From positions 99,324,001 to 99,388,000 of the forward strand of contig NC_091480.1 of assembly GCF_036971445.1 (NCBI RefSeq): a DNA stretch of 64,000 bases, in the 5' to 3' direction. The position numbers were made by a program, and so were the translations under genes. Shown here one piece after another: positions 36,145-50,420 of the stretch. Position 1 is the first letter of the stretch; each line of letters begins with the position of its first letter. Below the pieces are notes generated by a model, which was not told the origin of the DNA, searched no databases, and worked only from the letters and a program-made list of their open reading frames with translations. The stretch comes from Narcine bancroftii. Lineage: Eukaryota.

Positions 36145-38040
36145 TAGAACATAAAACATTCCGGCACAGTACAGGCTCTTCAACCTACGCTGTTGTGCTG
36201 ACCCATGTATACCTACTCAACGATCTAAACCTTTCCTACCTCACACCCATTACCCTCTATTTGTCTTGCATCCACATGCATATCCAAGAATCTATTAAAT
36301 GTCCTCATTGTCCCAGCCTCCACCACTACCCTTGGCAATGCATTCCAGGTACACTCTACTCTCTGTGTCAAAAACTTCCCCCTGATGTCTCCCCTAAACT
36401 ATCTTCTCCTCACCATAAGGAAGTACTGAAGAAGGTTCATGCCTGAAACGTCGGTCATATATCTCTACTCCCTAAGGGTGCTGCGATACCAGTTGAGTTC
36501 CTCCAGCATCTCTGTCTTTTAACTCCCCTCACATTGTACAGATGTCCTCTGGTATTTGCTACAGTGGTTCAGGAATAAAGCTGCTGGCTGCCCACCCTAT
36601 CTATGCCTCTCTATGAAGACACCTCTCATTCTTCTTTGCTCCAAAGAGAAAAACCCTAGCTCTGTTAACCTTGCCTCTTAAGCCATATTTTCCAATCCAG
36701 GCAACATTCTGGTCAATCTCTTCTGCACCCGCTCTAAAGCCTCTACATCCTTTCTGCAATGAGGTGACCAGAACTGAACACAATATTCCAAATGTGGTCT
36801 AACCAAAGTTTTAAAGACCTGCAATATTACCTCACAGCTCTTGAACTCAATCCTCCAACTAACGAAGGCAAGCATACCGTAACTACCCTATCAAACTGCA
36901 CAACAACCTTCAGATGTATGGATTTGGACCCCAAGGTCCCTCCATTCCCCCACACTGTTAACTATGTACTCTGCCTTCAAGTTCAACCTTCCAAAATGCA
37001 TCACTTTGCAATTATCAAGATTGAACTCTGCCACTTTTACACCCAACTCTACATCCTGTCTATATTTTGTTGAAACCTACCAACCTTCATGTCATCAGCA
37101 AATGTACTGACCCATCCCTCTACTTCTTCAACCAGTAGTTTATTAAATCCACAAAGAGCAGGAGCCCAGAACAAATCCCTGTGGAACTCCACTCGTCACT
37201 GACCTCTAGACAGAATATGTTCTATCTACCACTACCCTCTATTTTCTGCAGGCAAGCTCATTCTGAATCTGCACAGCAAAGGTTCCATGGATCCCATGCC
37301 TCATGACTTTCTGAATGTCACATCGGGGAACTTGTCAAATGCCTTATGAAAATCCATATAAACCACATCTACCATCCTACCTTCAATTTCTTTTGTCATT
37401 CTCTCAAAAAATTAAATTCAGCTCATGCCCCTTCACAAAGCCACGTTGACTATCCCTGAGAAGACTATGCTTCTCTAAATGCTCATGAATCCTGTCCCTA
37501 AGAATCCTCTCCAATAGTTTGTCCACCACTGATGTAAGACTCATTGATGTATAATTCCCAGGATTCTCCCTGTTCCCTTTTTTAAACAAGGGGACTACAT
37601 CTTCCATCCTTCAATCCCCCAGTACTCTCCCCCCACCCCAGCCATGGAGGATGCAAAGATCATTGCCAAAGCCCCAACAATCTCTTCCTTCCTGTAGTAA
37701 CCCAGGTATATTTCACCCATTTGCTGGGCTTATCAAACTGAATGTTTTTAAGATTCAGTTCCTCTTTCTTAATCTCAATACATAAACCTGTTCTGTAGTG
37801 ATCTCATATTTACCAAGGTCTGTCCCTCTCTCTCGTGAGAACTGAAGGAAAATATTCATTTAGGATCTCCCCTACCTCCTCCACCTCTAGACACACATTT
37901 CTTCCTTTATCTTGAAGCAACCCTACCGTAACTTTGGTCAAGCTTCTGTTCTTTCATGTATGTATGTAACATTTTTAGGTTTTCCCTAATCCTACTTGCC
38001 AAGGCCTTCTCATGGCCTCTTTTAACTCTCCTTAAGTTCC
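36145..38040 (-). mobile_element. CR1-like LINE fragment with internal deletions and a small Penelope-like insert near 36415-36520
   Basis: VVPLFKKGNRENPGNY.SMSLTSVVDKLLE..SQRGFVKG and LVRPHLEYCVQFWSPHCRKDVEALERVQKR. Confidence 0.85.
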
Positions 38041-38969
38041 TTCCTGGGTATTGACTGACTATTTCTTTCCATGAATGCTGTTGGGCCTGCTGAGTGCCTC
38101 CACCAATTCTTTCTCAGCACCTGACAACAGATTGATCAGATTTCAGCTTCCAAAGAGATTTGGGCGGTGAAAGAATGTGTGCTACCATGGAGCGTCAAGT
38201 TGAGCTAATCAGAGCTCTGGTAATGGTGAGCTAGGAACAGATCATTCTGCAGCATGAGCAGATTTCTGCTGAATGGGTGGAGTGAAGCCTCATTGGACAA
38301 AACCATAGTCATCAGGGACTGGGTAGATCCTGTGACAGGTGAGTGCTGAGGTTGGCAAGGATGGAGACCACCTGTAGTTTGATGACATGTGTTTGCATTT
38401 TTAGACATTTTCTAGGATTAGAGTGTCACTGACAAGGCCAGAATTTAATTCCCATTTTAAAAAGTGTGGATTGTGACAGCAGATGTGATTAATTTAGCTT
38501 CACTACCAGGCTGAGATCTACTGACCCCTCTTATCAGAGATAAGACTTCCTTTTATCACCCCCTAGCTTCTCACTTTATTCCCATTTCTCCATCCAGTTT
38601 CCACTTCCCACCTGAACCCGCCAATCACTTGCCAACTCCTGCTCCTCCCACCCATTTATTTCAGCTTCTGCCCTCTTTTTTTCCCCAATCCCGATGAAGT
38701 GTTCCAGCCAGAGATGTTGAATGTATGATCTTCCACAGATGCTGCCTGATCCGCTGAGTTCCTCCAGCATTTTGTGATGCTCCAGTTTTCATGCAGTCTT
38801 TCTGGTTTGCCTCTTGGTGATATGGGGAGAGCGGCAGAAACATTTTCTAAGTGAACTCCATGTGTGGGTGCATAAATGAGGCAGTGACCGGAGGTTTTGT
38901 CCATTGGTGTGGTATGAACATAGACCTACAGACAATGTACAGTCTGCCATTACTGTTTAATGCAAACTC

Positions 38970-39672
38970 CATAGAATGTAACAGTATAGAAAACAGGCCA
39001 TTTAGCCCTTCTAGTCTGTGCCAACCACTATTTTGCTAGTCCCACTAACCTGCTCCCACTCCATAACCCTCCAGATCTCTCCCATCCATGTATCTATCCA
39101 ATCCATTTTTAAAACTCAAGATCAAGCCCACATTCACATCAGATGACACCCCATTCCACACTCCCACCACTCTGAGTGAAGAACTTTCCCCTAATGTTTC
39201 CTCAAACCTTTCCCCTTTCAGCTTAAAACTATGACCCCCTCATATTTATTTTTCCCAATCTAAGTGGAAAAAGCCTACTTGCATCCATTCTGTCTATACC
39301 TCTCATAATCTTGTAAACCTCTATCAAATCTCCCCTCATTCTTCTTCACACCAATGAATAAAGTTCTAACCTATTTAATCTTTCCCTGTACTCAACTCCT
39401 GAAAACCTGGCAATATCCTAGTAAATCTTCTCTGCACTCTTTCAATCTTATTGATATCCTTCCAGTAGTTAGGTGACCAAAACTGCACACAATAGTCCAA
39501 ATTTGGCCTTCAACAATGTCTTAAACAACTTCAACAACTCCTAAACTCAATACTTTGATTTCTAAAATCTAAGATGTCAAAAATCCTGTCCACCTACAAC
39601 ACTACCTTCAGGGAACAATGTATTTGTATTCCCAGATCTCTTTGCTCCCCCACACTGTTCAGTGCCCTCCCA

Positions 39673-39753
<81 letters not shown>

Positions 39754-41040
39754 ATAGTTTGGTTTCCCCTTCCAAAATGCATCACTTCACACTTATTCTG
39801 CATTAAACTTCATCTGCCATTTTTTGGCCCATTCTCCCAGTTTAAATCCCTCTGCAAGCTTTGAAAATCTTCCTTGTTGTCTACTACATCTCCTATCTTT
39901 GTTAACAGCAAACTTGCTGATCCAATTTATCACATTACCATCCAGATCATTGAGATAGACAACAAACAATAATGGTCCCAATACAGATCCCGGAGGCACA
40001 CCACTCAACACAGGCCTCCAGTCTGAGAAGCAACCATCAACTACTATTCTCTGTTTTCTCCCACACAGCCAATTTCAAGTTCCGTTTACAACCTCTCCAT
40101 GGATACCTAGTGTCTTATCCTTTTAAACTAACCTCCCATGTGAGACCTTGTCAAAGGCTTTACTTAAGTCCATGTAGTCAATATCCATAGCCTTTCTTCA
40201 TCTACCTTCTTGGTAACCTTGAAAAGCTCTACAAGATTTATTATACGATGCACAAAGCTATACTGACTGTCCTTAATCACCCCATGGCTGTCCAAATATC
40301 TATGTATCTTATCTCTCAGAACTCCTTCCAATAATTTACATACTACTGACATCATGCTCACCGATCTATAATTACCTGGTTTATTTTTGGAATTTTTTAA
40401 GCAATGGGACACATAAGCTACCTTCCAATCCTCTGGCACCTCACCCATGGCTAAGACTTTTTGAATATATTTGCCAGAGCCCCTGCAATTTTTATACTAG
40501 CCTCCCACAAGGTCCAAGAGGATTTATCTGCCTTTATTCACTGTAAGGCAGCAAGCACCTGAACCTCCTTAATCTGCATATGTTCCATGACCCTTCTGTT
40601 TGTTTCCCTCCCTTCCTTACGCACTAGGCCAGTTACCTGAGTAAATTATGGTGCAAAAAAAAACTAAGATCTCCCCCATTACTTGAGGCTCAATCTGATC
40701 AATATCATTCTCTAGAGGACCAAATTCTCCCCTTACTATCCTTGTAGGAACCCTTCAGGTTTACCTTCACATTATCTGCCAAAGCAACCTCTTGTCTTCT
40801 TTTTGTCTTCCTAATTTCTTTTTTGAGTATTTTCTTCCTTTTTCTGTGCTATTCAAGTAGCTTCTTGTAACCAATACTTGCTCCTTGTTACCAATACTTG
40901 CTATACACCCACTTCTGTTTCTTAACCAGATTTCCAATATCCCTTGAAAAATCAGGATTCCCTCTGCCTGTTAACTTTGCCTTTAATCCTAACAGGAACA
41001 TGCAAATTCTTCACTTGCAAAATTTCACGTTTGAAGGTCA
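38970..41040 (-). mobile_element. CR1-like LINE, about 2-kb 5'-truncated and degraded copy
   Basis: GEVPEDWKVAYV..NKPGNYRSVS; SGVPPGSVLGPLLFVVYLNDLD; KWQMKFNAE. Confidence 0.85.
39678..39751. repeat. (TG)37 microsatellite inside a CR1 copy
   Basis: Pure dinucleotide run. Confidence 0.97.
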
Positions 41041-43334
41041 TTAATTATGAAGTCATCAGAAGGTCCAATTCAATGAATGTGAAAAAGAAGTTGAGTATCT
41101 TTTGATGCTAATTGAGAGGAATTGAAACCAACTGCTTCATCCCTATGACAGTCAACTGAGGAATTTAGATCAATTTACTAATGTTCATACCCTGCCCAAA
41201 TAAGTTGTTACAAGCCATGATCCAGACAGGCAGAACAGGCTGGGGTGACAGGTCAGATAAATGCAAGGAGGAATATGATTGATGTGTGAATACCGACAGA
41301 ACCCGGACTTTTTAATTAAATATTGAAAAAGAAAAGAAAACTGACTTTTCATGTGAAAATTGACAACAGATTCCACATCCTTGTTGGTCATTTATAATGG
41401 ACTGTATCCCACAACAGAGCCACATAAAAACTTGTTACAAGTCATCTGACTGTGCATGTACAGAAGTACTGTTAGCATAGCAGTTAGGACAATGTTTTTT
41501 CAGCACGAGTACCCAGGTTCGAATCTGGTGCTGTCTCGAAGAAATTTGGATGTTCTCCTGTGTCTGCTTGGGTTTCCTCCATTTTCCACATTCCAAAGAC
41601 ATATGGGGTGAGTAGGTTGATTAGTCATGTGGGTGTGTTTGAGTGGTGCGGGATTGTGGCCGGAAGGGACTGTTAACGTGCTGTATCTCCAAACAAGATA
41701 CAACCACACAAAACAATGTTTCTCCAAACTACAGTGCATACACATATACACAGTACATAAAGATCTTAAATAAATAAATATACACACATTTTGGAATAAT
41801 TTACTCAGTTATAGGATGCTGGTCATCAATCTCACAGCCTGTGGAAGAAGCTATTTCCCAGCCTGACAGTCCTGATTTTGATGCTCCTGTACCTGTAGTG
41901 GGTTAAAGATACTGTGTAAAAACACACAGTGAATGCTGGAGCAACTCAGTTGGTGTCTCCAGGTCTATAGATACTGAAAGGCTGGCTGAGTTTCTCCAAT
42001 ATTTACTCTGTATTTTTACTACAATCACAGCTTCAGCTGACTTTTGTGTTTGAATGTTGTCGATGGAGGAAAGGGAGACCCCAGTGATCTTCTTGGCTAT
42101 TTTGAAGATCCTCTATGTTAATTTCTGGTCCGATGCTTTCCAGCTAATATCCCACACAATGCTGCAGCCAACAGCACCCTCTCAATTATGCTCCTATAAA
42201 ATTGTTGTTATCTCAAAATTCAAGAAGAGGGATCAACTCACCTTGTTGATAAGTTGGAGGCGACGTGACTACAGCTCAATTCAGCTCTCCAGACTCTGGG
42301 TGCACATTACCTTAAGTATGTAGCTGTACACAATGTCTGAGGCACCGGAACTGGTGGACGAGCACCAGAGAGTGGTTGAGGGATCTACTGTGGTCTGAAA
42401 TATTCACTGGTGATGACTCTAGCTCTGTCTGAGGTCCTGACAGCTGAGGTTAATGTCTAGAGTGTCACCATTGGAGGCTTGGAGGACAGCAGTGTGGCTT
42501 AAGTCAATGTGGAGGCCAGGGCAGCCCAGCCTGGGGTCGGGACGACCGATGTGGAGCCCAGGGTTTGTCTCTGGACGAAGTTGGCAAAGTGCTTGAGGGC
42601 TTGCCTCACAGGTTATGGAGCTGAATTGTGGACTGTTTGCAGGGCTGGGACTTCTCCAAGCTGCTGGGGCATTCCTGAGGGGTCACCTTGTAGGGGCTGG
42701 TAGTAATGTAGGTGCGTGTGGGGCATGGATGTGCTTATATTATAACCCCAGGCAACTTACTCAAGCTACCAAGGGGTTGGTTTCTAGTCAAAGAATTGGT
42801 GGCACAGAATTTTCATTTTTTTTAAATAAATTGTGTTTAATCTAAATTACTTCTATTTTACCCTAATGATGCACTAGTTTCCAAGAGTGTTGTCTCATTT
42901 ACTGCTTCTCATCATGATGGCTGCAGCTTTAAGAAATGATGATCAGCTTCAAATTTGTATTGATTCCTTTGACCTCAGATAAAAGTCTTGTCCTCGCTTT
43001 TGTAGTTGTATAGGGAGCTGCAACGCCTGCCCAGATGGTTTGGGCTTGTAGGGTACAGGGCTGAGTCGGCTGCACCAGTGTGTTTAGGTACCTTGTCACT
43101 GCCCACGCATTTCTCCAACCCATTACTATTCTGCGAGATGATTCTCTGGTCCAGTGTCTAGTCTTTTGTGTTTGCTGATATTGTGCTTTGTGTATTCTTT
43201 TATTAATTGCTATACAGCACTTTGGAGCAACATTCTGTGGTGTTTAAACTATGCTATATTAATAAATATTCAAATCAATTCAATAAGTGCTGTGAGAATA
43301 CAATGTCAGTGATTCCAGACCTGTAGGGTGATTT

Positions 43335-43583
43335 TCTTTCTTTGGCTTGGCTTCGCGGACGAAGATTTATGGAGGGGGTAAAAAGTCCACGTCAGCTGCA
43401 GGCTCGTTTGTGGCTGACCAGTCCGATGCGGGACAGGCAGACACGATTGCAGCGGTTGCAAGGGAAAATTGGTTGGTTGGGGTTGGGTGTTGGGTTTTTC
43501 CTCCTTTGCCTTTTGTCAGTGAGGTGGGCTCTGCGGTCTTCTTCAAAGGAGGCTGCTGCCCGCCAAACTGTGAGGCGCCAAGA
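43335..43583 (-). mobile_element. Young RTE LINE, 3'-terminal about 250 bp
   Basis: Nearly identical to 23817-24063 (about 3 substitutions seen by eye); encodes FPCNRCNRVCLSRIGLVSHKRACS. Confidence 0.9.
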
Positions 43584-43705
43584 ATGTAAATTCAGTGTAA
43601 ATTCTTTGTGATTTAAAACATGGGGAACAGTGTCGTATAAATAAAATTTACTGTAAAGAGTCATTGTTGCCTGAGACTGTAATTTCTTTATGGTTTATGT
43701 CACTA

Positions 43706-44229
43706 GGCCTTTTCACATGGCAGTGTAAAATGAAGATTCTGGGGAAATTTTCCCGTGAACCTGCAGTGTGAAAAGGTCAGTCTGGAATTTTAACTGGGTC
43801 CATGGCCCTACCTACAAGGTAGGCCCTGGGAAATGTTCCCTGACTACCCTCTCCCTGCATCACGTGGGCGATTAAAATTAAAACATACCTCCTAACAACA
43901 GCAGGCCACTTCGGCACGTCGCAATGGCGACACAATGAGGGATGAATGGTTGTCCTCATTAACCATAATCCCTCACGTAGCTGGATTTTCCAGAGTGGTT
44001 CCAGCTGCGTGAGGGATTATGGGAAATGAAGTTGGCCATTCATCCACCATTGTGCGGCGGTTGCAACGTGCCGAAGTGGCCTGCTGTTGTTAGGAGGTAA
44101 GTATATTTTAATTTTAATCGCCCACGTGATGCAGCACAAAAGCGCTGACATCACAAGGCTTCCCCTACTCAGCCATTTGCCTTTTCATATTGCAGGGAGA
44201 GGGTAGTAAGAGAATATTTCCTGGGGCCT
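43706..44229. mobile_element. Palindromic foldback / MITE-like element (possibly Harbinger-type)
   Basis: Inverted arms 43855-43985 vs 44000-44134 and 43821-43859 vs 44191-44229; recurring GCCTTTTCACA..GCAG motif at 43707, 43761-43778 (inverted) and 44179. Confidence 0.7.
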
Positions 44230-45775
44230 TGGGAAACAAAGAAGCAAGAAGAACCCAGTGGGTCAAGCAGCATCCATGAAGAGAAATAGTTGATCAACAT
44301 TTCATGTCGTGACCCTTTAACTTAATATAGGGTCCTGACGTGAAACATTGGCTATCTTTCCATGGATTCTGCCTGACCTGCTGAGTCCCACCTGCTTCTT
44401 TCAGTTTAATGCAATATCCATCCCTGCTTCTGTACATGGTGGCTGTTGCTTCCAGTACTTGCAACCCCTCATGTGAAGAAATAGGCCATGCTTCCCTTCA
44501 GCCCTGTTAACTCCATTTATTTGGAGCTGGGGTCACCTGTAACCATCTGCTGTCCATCTTTGAACCACAATACCCATATCGGTCTCATCAATTGAAGTTG
44601 CTCTCCAAGCCACACCCCATCCTGACTTGGAAATGTATTCCCTTTTCTCCACTGTAACTAGGTAAAGTTCTGGAGCCACCTCTTTAACAGTGCTGTAGTA
44701 CACCAGTGCCTTGAGGACAGCAGTGGATCAAGAAGATGGTGACAAAGAATTTAATGGTACTTTAAAATGAGCCGCTGCCCAGGTTCTGAAATCTTCAGCC
44801 TGTTTTACAACAGGCATTTCACTTTCCAAATACATTTGCATAGTGTTGCACAGCATTTCCTCTTTCTCTCCAAGTTCCGAAAACAGAACAGCGGCCTATT
44901 TCTCAATACTGAGCTACTGGGAAATTGCAAGCAATTTGTCCCTCATGGTAAACAAAGAAGTGCTGAAGGAACTCAGCAGGTCAGTCAGCACCCATGGGTA
45001 GAAATGGGTAGTCAACATTTCAGGTCTGAGCCCTTTATCAAGACTAAAATAGAATAGGGGGAAAAAGAAGCTGGAAGAGGGTCCCAGAGGTGCTAGAGTA
45101 AATGACAGAAAGCATAGGAGATGGAGAAAGTGGGAAAGGGAGATTCAATTGGAAAGGGGAGGGGGAAGAAAAGATAAAAGTATGGGAGTAGACCAGAGAT
45201 GAAAACAGTGGAATCAGATGTGGCTGGGGGTGGGGGGCGGGGGGGGGGGGGGGGAAGGGAAGGTTACCTAAAATTAGAAAACTTAACATTCGTACTGTTA
45301 ACTTTAAGGGTGTTCAGGAGAAATATAATTTGTTGCTCCTCAAGTCTACATTTGGCCTCACCCCAACAATGGATAAGGCCAAAGACAGACATGTCACTGT
45401 AGGAATGGGGAGTTAAAATGGTTGGCAGCAGAAAACTCAAGTTAATACCCACAGAGTATAGGTAATACTCATTTGACATTTTTCCAGTGACTTTGGAACT
45501 AACATAACTTGGATAAAAAAGATAGTGTGGATTTGTGGAATTTAGAAAACCTTTGATTATATAGCATATAAAACATTACTAATAACAAAAGCTAGAGTGT
45601 ACATTATTGGTATGGATTGCAGATTGGTTAATGTGAGTGGGAAGGGAAGGTTGAGATTCACTGATCCAGACCCAATTATTTCTGAAATATTTTGCTTGAG
45701 AAATATTGTCATTGGCCCATTCCCTTTAAAGTTCTGAAACCGTGCACATAACGAGTCAATTAGATACGATTAAAA

Positions 45776-45894
45776 CAGGGTTTTCAAACCTTTTTCTTTC
45801 CACCCACATACCAATCCCTTACTATTCATAGAGCACTTATGGCACAGGGAATAATTAAAGTGGTATGTGGAAATAAAAAGAGTGAGAACCACTG
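45776..45894. mobile_element. Small hAT-Charlie-like MITE
   Basis: Imperfect TIRs CAGGGGTTTTCAAAC / TGAGAACCACTG; internal palindromy (cacatacca/tggtatgtg); TSD not clear. Confidence 0.55.
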
Positions 45895-45896
45895 AT

Positions 45897-48290
45897 CTAT
45901 CAGGATCCCGAAATACTTAATTACCTCTTTTGGCCATTTAAATTGAGTATTTCTTCGACAAAGACTATAATCTCCTTGTGTAAGAGGCATAACTTAACTT
46001 TTATCCCAATTTATTTTATAACCTGAGATCTTACCATATTTTTCCAGATTTAGATATAGTTTCTGTAAAGAAATTTCTGTTTCTGTCAGATTTATCAAAA
46101 CGTCATCTGCAAATAATCTAATTTGATACTCTTCCTGATCAATCTTAAACCCCTCATTTCTAAATCGCTCCTAAGTACTTCTGCTAGTGGCTTTATAGCA
46201 GAGCTGGGGGTAAAGGATAGCCTTGTCTACTAGATCTCGCTAACTGAAATGGAGCGGGCATTTGACCATTAGTTACTACTTTCGCTTTAGGATTACTATA
46301 TAGTACCTTAATCCAGTTTATAAAAGTTTGGCCAAACTCCAGCACTTTAAACAAAAGTCCCACTCCAATCTATCAAATGCTTTTTCTGCATCTAGGGCCA
46401 CTACTACACTCAAATTTTCCCTTTTTTGTGCTGCATGTATGATACTAATTAACCTAACCACATTATCCATCGACTGTTTCATTTTCACAAATCCTATCTG
46501 ATCCATGCTTATTAATTTAGGAAATAATTTATTAACTCAATTCACCAATATTTTAGCCAGTATTTTATAATCTGCATTTAATAATAAGATGGGTCTATAC
46601 AAAAAAAGTTTTTTAAGGATCGCTTTCATTTTTTGGTGTCACAATAATTATTGCTGTTCAAAATGAATCTGGAAGTGTATAAGTCATTGATGCTTGATCT
46701 AACATTTCCATAAAAATAGGAATCAATACGTCTTTATATTCTTTATAAAATTCAGATGGAAAACCAGCTTCCCCTGGGGATTTATTGCTTTGTAATTAAC
46801 TTATTGCCCTCTTTACCTCTAATTGTGTAAAACATGCCCTCAATTCTGTTTGTTCTTCCATATTTAATAAAGGTAAATTTATCCTTGATAAATACCTATT
46901 TTATCATATTTTAAGGACTATGAACTATATAGATTAGAATAAAAGTTTTTAAAAGTTTCATTTATTTCTCGAGGTTTATAACTGATCACATTTGAATCAT
47001 TTTTATGTGTTAATCATTCTTGAAGCCCTGTTCTGATTTCAATTGCCATGCAAGTACTTTATGTGCTCATTCACCTAATTCATAGTTCTTATAATAATTT
47101 TTTCCATTCTCTAGATTTGTAATGTATTATATTGAAGTTTTTTTTATTAATTAATTGTCTTTGCTTGTATTCAGAACTTTACTTATGAAGATCTTTTTCC
47201 AATACCTTTATTTCTTGCTCCAATTGATCTACCTCTTTCATATAATCTTTCTTAATTTTAGCGGTAAAACATAATTTGTCCTCTCAAATAGCCTTTTAAC
47301 ATATCCCATGTTACAAATTTATCTTTCACTGAATTCAAATTATTATCACAAAATAACTGAATTTGCTTTCTAATAAAATCGCAATTTTTTTTCTTTTTAA
47401 TAATACCTGTATTTAATCCAGTCTCCATCTACATATTAATTTCTCTTTATCTGGCATCATAATAATAATTTCAAATGCAAATGGTCAGGTTAAATTTTAG
47501 TTTTATATTCATCATCTAATATCCTGCCTTGTATTTGTGAAAATAGTAAAATTAAGTCAAATCTAGAATAAGAAGCATGTCCATTTGAATAAAAAGTGTC
47601 GTCTCTTTCTCTAGGATGAATTCTCCTCCACACATCTATTCAATTCAAGTCTCTCATTCTACCCAAGTTGATTTTGTTGCTTTAGTTCTCATTGGTCCTC
47701 TTGTAGTTCTATCTAGAATTGGATCAAAACAAAAATTAAAGTCTCCTCCTATCAAAATATTGTCGTGGGAATCTGCTAAATTCAAAAAAGTTTCTTGAAT
47801 AAATCTTTCATCATCTACATTTGGTGTATAAAGATTAAGAAGTGTCCATAGTTCCAAAAATATTTGACAATATACCATCACATATCTCCCAGCAGTATGA
47901 CATTGTGTGTTTTAATTGGGATATTCTTTTTAACTAAAATTGTCACACCTCTTGCCTTAGAATTAAAAGAAGAAGCAACTTCATGTCCAATCCAATCTCT
48001 TTAACTTCAAATGTTCTTTTTCAGTTAAATGAGTTTCTTGCAAGAAGAGCTATATCTAATCCCATCTTCTTAATATATATTGATCTTCATCCTCTTCTCT
48101 GCTAGATGCGGGAGAGCGATGTCAAAAGAAGGCCTTCTAGTGGATCACTCACATGGGGAGCAACTCGGATGCTAGCTCCCTGCTTCTCACCAGCAGTAGG
48201 CCTCAAGTCTCTTCCTGTCTTCGCATCATGTTGGGTTCCAGGTAAGACTGCAGCAGATTTTTCTTCTTTTGGAGATGTTTAAGTGTTGTA
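45897..48290 (-). mobile_element. Degraded L1-clade LINE (APE endonuclease and RT N-terminal part of ORF2)
   Basis: LLNLYTPNVDD..ILIGGDFN..DPILD (endonuclease) and DQIGFVK..SMDNVVRLI..VALDAEKAFDRLEWDF (RT). Confidence 0.85.
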
Positions 48291-48599
48291 TAGGTATTTA
48301 AAGTAAAAACACAAAATGCTGGAGAAACTCAGCAGGTCAAACAGTGTCCCTTATGTAGCAACGGCAGAGATACATAACTGATGTTTTGGGCTTGAGCCCA
48401 TCATCAAAGTATGAGAAAATGCTGGTGAGTGTCAGAACAAAAGAGTGGGGGGGGGGGGGAGGTAGGTGGCAGGAGTACCTGTCCAAATTTTTATTAAATG
48501 TCAAAATCGAGCCTGACATAATCTTGCCCTTAACACATGACCTCTATATCTTGTCTTGCTAACCTCAGTGGAAAAAGCCTCTTTACTGTGAGGTTCAAG

Positions 48600-50420
48600 G
48601 ACTCTCCCACCATCCTTCATTACCACAATGGGAACAGGCATTGAGATCATGGGAATACATGAAGTTGAGATGGGAAGAAGTAGAAAATAAGCAAAGCTTC
48701 TTCTTCCACTTATTCCAGTGCAAGGTTCCCATTTGATTTGCCAGATCTGGTTATCACAGAGACGGCTAGATTGAGAAGAAGCATCCAAGGTGAGGAAGCA
48801 AAGGTCGTCTGGAAAAGATGAGATACGCAGTTCCTCAAAGTACAGCCAGTTCCTCACAGTGTGAAGGAAGAGTTTGGGAATAAGCTGGAGAGACCACAGG
48901 GAACAAGAATCATTGAACAATTTGAGTTTTCTGATTGGGCTGCTCCAACTGTTCCTGTATCATTAAGATTTGTGAAGATTTACATTAATGATCCACAGAG
49001 AATCAAAAATAGACAAATCCCCCACAGATCCCATTGAGGTGGAACAGGTATCTCCATAACCTTTGTTATATCAAAGCAGATCGAGTTGGACAGATGTTCA
49101 AATGAATAGTTAACAATACATACTCACACTGGACTGTTCCAGTGCAATTTATTTCCTTTGTGATGGTATCTGCTCCAAGCATCTTCTAGAGGATAGTTTG
49201 ATGTGAGGGACAGTGAGAAAGTTCATTTTGCGAGCAGCCCCAGCTGGTCAACCTATACATAGTAGAGCAGTAAAAACACACCATGCAGAGTTACAGATGC
49301 AGAGAGAGAGAGAGATCAGTTCAAACAAAGCCAAGGCGGCATTATTTTACAGTAATTTAGGAGTCTGATAGTGGCAGGACATAAATTGTCTTTGACTCTG
49401 GCGTGATCTCACACTTGTGAATCTTCTTCATGGTTGGAGGAGCATGAAGAGAGTGTGGCTGGGGCAGGATGTCTTTCATGATGTTGGCTGTTTTTCCAAG
49501 GCAGAGGTAGTATAGACAGAGTCGATGGAGGGGAGGGTGATGTGTGTGATGCTAAGCTCCATTCGTGAGTCTGGGGTTTCTTGTGATCTCGTCTTGGCAG
49601 AGCAATTCCCGACCCACACAGTGATGCATCTGATAGGTGCATCAGCACAATTTGCTGAAAAACACAGGGGACATACTGAATTCCCTCAGACCTCTGGGGA
49701 AGCACTTTCTTGGCCATCATGTCAATGTGGTTGGATGCGGACGTCATTGGAGATGCTTTCCTCTATGAACTGAAATCTCTCTACTTTCTCCACCTCAGCA
49801 TTGTTGATGTGTTCTGGGGAATGAGCTCTGTCCATTTTCCATAAGCTTATTTCCAGATCCTTAGTCTTGCTGACAGTGAGGGAGAGATATTTGTCCTGGC
49901 ACCAAGCCACTAGTCCCAACAAGATAGTAGTTAAACTTAGCTGTAAGGTAGATTCTGAGGGATTCCATCGATTGGTGACAAAACCACGCAATGCTGGATC
50001 CATCTGGTCCAACCAGCTTGACAGATTTGAAGGCCTATTTATGTACAATGGTTAAGTGAAACATAAATTGTTAATCACAAGGCAAAGGATATGGGTGAAA
50101 TGCTGGCACGTGGAACAAGCCTAGAATGCATGGGCATGGGGCCAATTTTATGACGATGAAAAAAGAAATGAATAAAGAAACAAGAGGAGCTAAATTGGTA
50201 GCTTCTGAGTTCATAGATGCTGATTCATTATGATCCAGTGAAAGAGATGCAACTGGCCTGTGATGTGTCACCTTATGGCACTGACATAGTTTTGTCACTC
50301 TGCAGAGAGCTACAGCCATTCAGTTTTTCAAGTCTCTTTCCAAAGCAGAGCAGCACTACACGTGAAAAGCCAGATGGTTTAGCTTCGGTGTACATTTGGT
50401 GAAGTCCCATAAGGACAAGT
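48600..50420 (+). mobile_element. Degraded Gypsy pol remnants (RT and RNase H), split by an antisense Rex1-like LINE at about 49300-49910
   Basis: KVQPVPHSVKEE...IIEQFEFSDWAAPTVPV (about 48840-48960); TIHTHTGLFQCN (about 49115-49150); LIHYDPVKEMQLACDVSPYG (about 50220-50280). Confidence 0.7.
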
